This document shows positions 58,173-64,000 of a stretch of 64,000 bases of DNA, piece after piece. The notes under the pieces were generated by a model. It was not told the origin of the DNA and searched no databases. It was given only the letters and a program-made list of their open reading frames with translations. Origin of the DNA: an uncultured virus (IMG/VR IMGVR_UViG_3300032050_000089) (taxonomy: Duplodnaviria; Heunggongvirae; Uroviricota; Caudoviricetes); the IMG/VR virus record IMGVR_UViG_3300032050_000089; one strand, written 5' to 3'. The position numbers and the translations under genes were made by a program. How positions within the stretch are numbered: the stretch's first letter is position 1; the number at the start of each line of letters is the position of its first letter.

Positions 58173-58260
58173 TGGCATAATAGGGAACGACAAAGCACAA
58201 ATCGTTCCGCCCTAACGGGAAAGCGAGGACTAGATCGCCAGTACTTCGGGTACTGTAATT

Positions 58261-58333
58261 GGGTAGGTAGTTCAACTGGCAGAACCAACCGCTTATAACG
58301 GTTGATGTGTGGGTTCGACCCCCACCCTACCCA
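58261..58333 (+). tRNA. tRNA-Ile(UAU)
   Basis: GGGTAGG/CCTACCC acceptor, AACCG-CTTATAA-CGGTT, GTGGG-TTCGACC-CCCAC. Confidence 0.9.
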
Positions 58334-58353
58334 TTTGAGGACTAAGTATAGTT

Positions 58354-58503
58354 ATGACTGATGAAGAAAAAAAGCTAATACTTGAACTCAAGCAAGAGGT
58401 TGAAAAGATCAAAGTAAATCTTATTCTAGAGAATAGGAAACTAGATCAGATCGTTTCGGTTGTAAATTTTATTATTCAAAAGGAGAATTTAAATGCACAA
58501 TAA
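58354..58503 (+). CDS. Small coiled-coil hypothetical protein (49 aa, MTDEEKKLILE...)
   Basis: Hand-translated; below the ORF-track cutoff. Confidence 0.5.
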   Translation: MTDEEKKLILELKQEVEKIKVNLILENRKLDQIVSVVNFIIQKENLNAQ

Positions 58504-58801
58504 TGTTTTTACTTATCGTTGGCTTGCTGTTTTTACCGCGTTCGCTGCTCTGATTCTACACCTTGATAACGCAAAGGCTCCGCTTGTTTGGTCATTTGCT
58601 GGACTGACTGGATTCCTGCTTGTTGCAGAAATTCGTCGGCTATCAAAGGAAGTCTGCTCACTTGAGCGTAGCCATACTGATCGGACTCACAATGAAAATA
58701 TTGATGAGCTTCGCCGTAGCATGTGGCATCAGACTGACTCGCTCCATGAGCGGATTGACCATTGCTCAAATACTTGCTCCAAGGCAAAGACTCGTCTTTG
58801 A
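58493..58801 (+). CDS. Membrane protein (two hydrophobic helices plus coiled coil)
   Basis: AAGGAG SD; WLAVFTAFAALIL and LVWSFAGLTGFLLVA. Confidence 0.7.
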   Translation: MHNNVFTYRWLAVFTAFAALILHLDNAKAPLVWSFAGLTGFLLVAEIRRLSKEVCSLERSHTDRTHNENIDELRRSMWHQTDSLHERIDHCSNTCSKAKTRL

Positions 58802-58818
58802 TCTAAAGGGCAACCCCA

Positions 58819-58846
58819 CAAAACCCCGCGCAAGCGGGGTTTTTTA
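58819..58846. terminator. Rho-independent terminator between convergent genes
   Basis: AAAACCCCGC-GCAA-GCGGGGTTTTTT. Confidence 0.88.
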
Positions 58847-59110
58847 TTAGGTTAGGAATGCTACGCTTACAGCAGCAGATGCAGTCAATCCAGTAATTCG
58901 GAGTGGTAATAAAACGGGTCCATTTGCATCTGCATCAACAAACATATTAAATTGGTTCGATGGGGAGCCAGTGGTATCCATAAACGAAAGAGTAAGTCCG
59001 GCAGCACCAGTAGTAAGATTGCTAATCAATACAGAACGGTGCTTCGGGATTTGCCCTAATGTCAATCCGGTGGTTGAAGATACTACAGAGACAGCTGTTT
59101 TGTTTTCCAT
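58847..59110 (-). CDS. Small late protein, probably virion-associated
   Basis: CATAAATA box 5 nt upstream; three GLT motifs in 87 aa. Confidence 0.65.
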   Translation of the reverse strand: MENKTAVSVVSSTTGLTLGQIPKHRSVLISNLTTGAAGLTLSFMDTTGSPSNQFNMFVDADANGPVLLPLRITGLTASAAVSVAFLT

Positions 59111-59115
59111 ACTAG

Positions 59116-59135
59116 TATTTATGTAATCATAAATA
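59116..59135. promoter_or_regulatory. Back-to-back late promoters (CATAAATA on both strands)
   Basis: tatttatg...cataaata between divergent ATGs. Confidence 0.7.
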
Positions 59136-59137
59136 TC

Positions 59138-59860
59138 ATGATGAACTTCTTGTCCCTATTAAATGAAAAATTAACTCTTGAGTACCACAATAAACTCAAT
59201 CCTATTTACTGGGATGGAGAAACGCTCAAACCACAGGTCAAAAAGACATTGACCAAGATAGGCTACAAATGGGCCAAATTTGCCAACGTCCCGGAAGAAG
59301 CTATTATTGATATCGTCATGACAGGGGGAAATGCCAATTACAATTATACAAATAATTCAGATTTGGATATCCATCTAGTAATTGACCCCACCTTTTTTGA
59401 AATGGACAAGGATTTAATTCTTGATTATTTTAAAGATAAAAAAACAATCTGGAATCTATCTCATAAAATCAAGGTTTATGGGGCAGATGTTGAAATATTT
59501 GCACAACCCATAACCCAAGTGACCCACAAAGATCAGGGTGTTTATTCTCTACTTAATGACCAATGGGTATCTAAACCCAAATATAAAGATCTAAATTTTG
59601 AAAAGGATAGCTTTCTCACAAAGAAAGTTGAATCCTATATGGCCAAAATAGATCATTTGATTGAAACGGAATCAACTGATGAAAACCTTTATAGATCATT
59701 ACTCAAGAAGATCAGCAAAATGCGAGATGAAGGACTTGAAACTGGTGGAGAGTTTTCTATGGAAAACTTGCTCTTCAAAGAACTTCGTAGCCGTGGTTAT
59801 ATTGACAAGCTTCGCAATGCTGCTAATCGCGCACTCGACAAAGAACTTACACTGGAATAA
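59138..59860 (+). CDS. Pol-beta-family nucleotidyltransferase
   Basis: hG[GS]N.NYNY...SDLDIH and VEIF catalytic motifs; start may be the second ATG (59141). Confidence 0.8.
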   Translation: MMNFLSLLNEKLTLEYHNKLNPIYWDGETLKPQVKKTLTKIGYKWAKFANVPEEAIIDIVMTGGNANYNYTNNSDLDIHLVIDPTFFEMDKDLILDYFKDKKTIWNLSHKIKVYGADVEIFAQPITQVTHKDQGVYSLLNDQWVSKPKYKDLNFEKDSFLTKKVESYMAKIDHLIETESTDENLYRSLLKKISKMRDEGLETGGEFSMENLLFKELRSRGYIDKLRNAANRALDKELTLE

Positions 59861-59864
59861 AACT

Positions 59865-61112
59865 ATGCACTACTTTTCTATAGACAGACAATACAAGTTT
59901 ATTTTAAATTTGATAGAATCGAAGAAACAAACTCCACCAAAACGGAAACTTGGTTATATTAGTCAAAATTATGAGAGTCATAGTGGAATAGGAACTATAT
60001 CTCCCGGTAAAGGCGATAAGGGAGGTGTCAGTTATGGTACCCATCAGTTTGCTAGTGCAGTTGGAACCCCCAAAGATTTTGTTGATTATATTGGTAAAAA
60101 TGAACCAGAAGATTCGCCATTAAGAGCTTTGATAGGCCCAACAGATTTTGGTGATTTTAATGGAGCGTTTGCAAACACTTGGAGAAAGTTATCGGGATCA
60201 CATCCCGATTTATTAACGAACGTAGCTCAAGCATTCACAGATGTTAGATATTACGAAGAACCTTTAAAAAATCTAAAGAAAAAAGATTCAGAATTAGGAA
60301 ATCTTATTGAAACAAATGAAGGTTTGAATGAGTTGTTTTATTCTACAAATGTACAGCATGGTCAATCAGGCGGTCCACGAATATTTTTAGACGCAAGGGC
60401 TAGATGTCCAGACGGCAAAAAAAATTGTCCCTTTGCTATTACTAAAAATGTATTTGAAATTAGAAGAGATAGAATATTAGCATCGGATAATAGTCAGGAG
60501 ATAAAAAATGCTGTAACCCAATCAAGATATCCAGAAGAAGAAAAGGCTGTTACTGCTTTATTAAAAACTACGAGAACAACACAAACACCACCCCAGACAC
60601 CACCGCCACAAACAGAAAATGTACCGGAGCCACAAGTCGGTAGTGGAACATATAAAATCCAACCGGGAGATTCTTTAAGTGTCATAGCACAAAAACTATC
60701 GAAGGAACGTGGTTTTAAGATAACAGCCGACGATTTAGCTAAACTAAATGAAATACCAGACATGAATAAAATTAGTGCTGGTCGTGAATTAAAAATTCCA
60801 GAAAATCCAAATGCTCAAAAACAAACTGCAACAGCACAAGCAGCACCAAAACAAGAACTTCCAGCAAAGCAAGAACCAAAAGAAACAAAAACGCCGGAAG
60901 ATATTGTTACAATGAGCAAACAAGAACTAGCTGACAGGATGAAACAAGCAGAAGATAAAGCTGTACAAAATGCCTTTGATGTGGAAACGCAAGCTAAAGA
61001 AGCTAGAGAATCAAAAAAATCCGCTGGTATGATTGATAAGGTAAGAGCAGAAAGAGAAAGGCTTGAAGCTGAAAATAAAAAGGCTCAAGAAAATAAACAA
61101 AAAAGTAAGTAA
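59865..61112 (+). CDS. Peptidoglycan hydrolase (VgrG3-C-like lysozyme fold) plus LysM domain
   Basis: LG.IS..YES...GTIS.G.GD.GGVSYG.HQFAS..GT, STNVQHG, RY..E; LysM YKIQPGDSLS.IA...L.KLN.I...N.I.AG..LKIP; start reassigned to 59865. Confidence 0.75.
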   Translation: MHYFSIDRQYKFILNLIESKKQTPPKRKLGYISQNYESHSGIGTISPGKGDKGGVSYGTHQFASAVGTPKDFVDYIGKNEPEDSPLRALIGPTDFGDFNGAFANTWRKLSGSHPDLLTNVAQAFTDVRYYEEPLKNLKKKDSELGNLIETNEGLNELFYSTNVQHGQSGGPRIFLDARARCPDGKKNCPFAITKNVFEIRRDRILASDNSQEIKNAVTQSRYPEEEKAVTALLKTTRTTQTPPQTPPPQTENVPEPQVGSGTYKIQPGDSLSVIAQKLSKERGFKITADDLAKLNEIPDMNKISAGRELKIPENPNAQKQTATAQAAPKQELPAKQEPKETKTPEDIVTMSKQELADRMKQAEDKAVQNAFDVETQAKEARESKKSAGMIDKVRAERERLEAENKKAQENKQKSK

Positions 61113-61958
61113 TTATCTCGGGAACAGAGTTGGTGGATAATTTTCGCCCTTCTTCTGTCTATCCCTCACTGCTTTAAATCCTGCTGGATCGGCTTCTAGT
61201 TCTCCATCGGAACCTAGATTAAATCCTAGACCAAGATCAGTCTGTGCATCTTCCTCTGCGGTCATTCTATCTTGTATAGAAGGCTGAGTCACCAAAGCAC
61301 CAGCTGCATCCCAAACATTTCCTAATGCGGTAGCAACAGTTCCCATTCCAAGAGCAGTTAAAACATCCTTCGAAGTAAATGCTCTTCTTGGGGTTGGTGT
61401 TTGTGTTGGTTTGGCTGGAGTCATGGCAGCACTTACTGAAGTTTTTGCCTTTTCGAGTCTAGCTTCTATTCTTGCAATAGAATCATCCACTCTCTTAGTT
61501 CTGTCGCTTCCTTCTTTTCTAGGAAGTCCACGCAACAGAGTTAGGCGATCTTCTAATGACTGTACAGAGTCTGGTGTAGGTATTGCGGTTGTTAAACGGC
61601 TAGAGCGGTCCCTTCTCAGACGAGACATTCGTTGTGGGTATGTTTCACCGAATAATGCAGTTTCAATATCTCTAATTATTGGGCCTTGAGATCCAGATTT
61701 CATGTGACCCTTACTAAAACCACCTAACATTTTTTTACGCCCTTCACTATCGATGTGAAATACTTTAAAATGTTTTCCACCCTCTTCAAAAATTATTCTT
61801 CCTTTGAGATTAGGAGTTTTAGATTGTACTCTTTCGACTGCTTTTTTTATTTCTGCGACATCCGCACCTAAATGATCTACTCCAAAAAAATTTACTCTAC
61901 CTTCATTTTCAATAAGTAGTTCAATATCTTCAGTTAAAAATTCGGAAAATGATTTCAT
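61113..61958 (-). CDS. Probable internal head protein
   Basis: N-terminus MKSFSEFLTE matches the T4 capsid-targeting pattern. Confidence 0.65.
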   Translation of the reverse strand: MKSFSEFLTEDIELLIENEGRVNFFGVDHLGADVAEIKKAVERVQSKTPNLKGRIIFEEGGKHFKVFHIDSEGRKKMLGGFSKGHMKSGSQGPIIRDIETALFGETYPQRMSRLRRDRSSRLTTAIPTPDSVQSLEDRLTLLRGLPRKEGSDRTKRVDDSIARIEARLEKAKTSVSAAMTPAKPTQTPTPRRAFTSKDVLTALGMGTVATALGNVWDAAGALVTQPSIQDRMTAEEDAQTDLGLGFNLGSDGELEADPAGFKAVRDRQKKGENYPPTLFPR

Positions 61959-61959
61959 G

Positions 61960-62556
61960 TTATATTTTCTGTTTTTGAGTTGCCATGAATTGATCGATGT
62001 GGTCGGTGATGTGACCGCCTTTAGCTAGATTAGCCGCGATCATATCACTATTTGCTTGCGCCCACAAATTAAACTGTGGATGTGCAAAGGCCATATCTTC
62101 AAGTTGAGTATCCAAGCGCGTGAGTCTTGTTTCAACTTGAATGGAACTTCCACCAGATTTTTTATGCTTTTCTCTTAAAATTTTTCTAATTATTGGAAGT
62201 GCTTTAAAATTTGAAATTAAAGAATATGCAGCATCTTGTGATCCTTCTTGTGTTGGCATCGGCCCTTGTCTATCTCCCATTTCCCAAGACTGCATTCTTG
62301 AATTGTGCAAATGATCTTTTAGTTCATTGAATATGCTATTCGTAGAATTTTTTACATCCCTTGATTGAATATCTGAATATTGTCCAGTACCCGGAATACC
62401 TTCATATTTTTCGGAGGGTATCTCTCTACCTTTGTCATCTAAAGATACTTGGCGAGAATTGGTGTACCAAGGAGATTCAATAGCATAAGAAGGACGTACA
62501 TTTACATAAGGGTCAATGTCCTTCGCTTCAAAAAGATATTGGATAAAAGTTCGCAT
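61960..62556 (-). CDS. Probable internal head protein
   Basis: N-terminus MRTFIQYLFE; CTAAATA box 4 nt upstream. Confidence 0.65.
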   Translation of the reverse strand: MRTFIQYLFEAKDIDPYVNVRPSYAIESPWYTNSRQVSLDDKGREIPSEKYEGIPGTGQYSDIQSRDVKNSTNSIFNELKDHLHNSRMQSWEMGDRQGPMPTQEGSQDAAYSLISNFKALPIIRKILREKHKKSGGSSIQVETRLTRLDTQLEDMAFAHPQFNLWAQANSDMIAANLAKGGHITDHIDQFMATQKQKI

Positions 62557-62583
62557 ATATTATTTAGATTTACAGATCTATTA

Positions 62584-64000
62584 TCAACCTTCCATTCTAA
62601 ATCTATTTCTTACTCTTCGTCTTTCAATTTCATCAGTATCTCTCGCAACCTTTGCTATAAAATCATCATCAAACGCCTTTATCGCACCAAATCCTCTGGG
62701 ATTAGATCTGATTTCATCATGCACGGAATTTAATATATCGTATTCCAAATCCTTTGCATTGAAGTCTGGATGATTGTAAATTGCGAGTGCAGTGTTTTTG
62801 CGTTCTGGTTTCATGAAATTTGTTCTAACTTCATGAAATAATTGTTTATCCTTTAATATTTTTCCAAAATCTTTATGCTGTAATGCTTCGTTTCTTACCT
62901 CCTCCGAATCATGCGCTAAAGCATAAGCAATATTTCGTTTTGATATTTCTGATAAAACAGAAGGAATTCCTCCCACATCATCACTTACACTATCACGCTC
63001 ATGCTGATGAAAATATGGTGTTTTGTGGAATGCATCGGACTTTGCTAATTTTATAGACAAGTCTGTAAATGCTTTCTTTAGTTGGGGATTATCTTCATGC
63101 CGTGCGCGTTCAAATACTCTGTGTAGTTCAGAACCGGGACCAATACGGTTTAATAACAAAGGTTCATTTGCCGCAGCTTCCAACACAGGAGTATTAGGAA
63201 GAGAAGTTATGGATGCCTGAGCTATTTCATCTAACATATCATTAGATTTAATAGTTCCATCTTTTATATCATTCATTAGTTTATTGAAAGATTGTAATGA
63301 TCGTTTATCATCTAATCTACTCAATTGTCCAATTAGTGATTTATGAAACGATGAATGGTTTTTGGCATTTGGATTATCGATAATTGAATCAAATACTTTA
63401 TCATGGTGCGAACTTAAAGCAAATTTTATGTAGTTTTTTGCTGTTAGATCAGTTGGACCTGATCGTTCTAAATATGAATTGACGTAATCCAATCCCCTAA
63501 GAGCAAATTCTTCGTGTGGAGATTTGATTAAATGTTCAGGACTCATTAAATCCACAAATTCAAAAGCTTTATTTCTCACTGCCTTGTGCTGCGAATCTGA
63601 AAGTTTTTCCAAAGATGTCCTATCTTTTAGCAAAGATGGAACTTTTTCAAGAGCCTTTAAAACTACAGATTCGTGGGGAGATTCCATTATATCCACGCTA
63701 ATCTTATCCACAAGCCCACTAATATAAGGTGTATCTTTGAATTTATAAGATTCTAATTTTCTGTGTACTTCCGGATCTTCAAGTGCTTCTAGTTGATGAT
63801 GTTCAAATGGAGAAGATACCTTTTTAAATGCAGTATAGGTAGCTTCGGAAGATGAAAGTATATCACGATCATCGTGATCACGATATAAACTTGGTTCGAT
63901 ATAATATTTGTAATGCTGTAATGGCATTTTTTCAGATAAATGTGAATCTAAAACATACTTGAATGCTTGTATTAATGACTTACCATTACTTTTTAAATTA
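62584..64000 (-). CDS. Helical-repeat (HEAT-like) hypothetical protein, 5'-truncated by the window edge
   Basis: Frame stays open from 63927 to the end (NLKSNGKSLIQAFKYVLDSHLSEKM...); recurring S.HE.V...AL units. Confidence 0.6.
   Translation of the reverse strand, partial: NLKSNGKSLIQAFKYVLDSHLSEKMPLQHYKYYIEPSLYRDHDDRDILSSSEATYTAFKKVSSPFEHHQLEALEDPEVHRKLESYKFKDTPYISGLVDKISVDIMESPHESVVLKALEKVPSLLKDRTSLEKLSDSQHKAVRNKAFEFVDLMSPEHLIKSPHEEFALRGLDYVNSYLERSGPTDLTAKNYIKFALSSHHDKVFDSIIDNPNAKNHSSFHKSLIGQLSRLDDKRSLQSFNKLMNDIKDGTIKSNDMLDEIAQASITSLPNTPVLEAAANEPLLLNRIGPGSELHRVFERARHEDNPQLKKAFTDLSIKLAKSDAFHKTPYFHQHERDSVSDDVGGIPSVLSEISKRNIAYALAHDSEEVRNEALQHKDFGKILKDKQLFHEVRTNFMKPERKNTALAIYNHPDFNAKDLEYDILNSVHDEIRSNPRGFGAIKAFDDDFIAKVARDTDEIERRRVRNRFRMEG

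Noticed and set aside
59661..59864. ORF-track N-terminal extension of the muramidase-LysM gene
   Set aside because: Overlaps the NTase by 200 nt; ATG at 59865 just after the NTase stop is more plausible
1..64000. CRISPR array, integrase, IS element, intein or homing endonuclease
   Set aside because: No regularly spaced repeats or such motifs seen by eye; gp17, gp20, gp23, gp46 and uvsW are of normal length

Overview
This is a 64-kb segment of an AT-rich T4-like (T4-superfamily) myophage genome, read by eye with no database searches. Minus strand 1-40.4 kb carries the replication/recombination block (regA, gp62, gp44, gp45, gp46, gp47, gp55, uvsW, uvsY), then head, tail, neck and baseplate genes (gp3, 23, 22, 21, 20, 19 x2, 18 x3, 17, 15, 16, 14, 13, 6, 25, 53, 48). 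Next come gp4, gp54-like, gp26/gp51, gp32 and gp33. The accessory region holds a giant Cys-rich RCC1 protein, guaC, a DenV-like glycosylase, five tRNAs plus an oversized tRNA-like RNA, a deaminase, a nucleotidyltransferase, a VgrG3-like muramidase-LysM protein and proteins with T4-type capsid-targeting leaders. The most unusual observations are: (1) a rebuilt tail with three sheath paralogues, two tube paralogues, ~1,100-aa appendages fused to gp15 and to one sheath, shrunken baseplate genes and no recognisable gp5 or long tape measure; (2) a pervasive G-x-T tripeptide concentrated in predicted virion proteins (candidate modification sequon); (3) a start-less gp51 frame reachable by a -1 slip on a T8 run at the end of gp26; (4) late-promoter boxes 4-5 nt before ATG, implying leaderless mRNAs.
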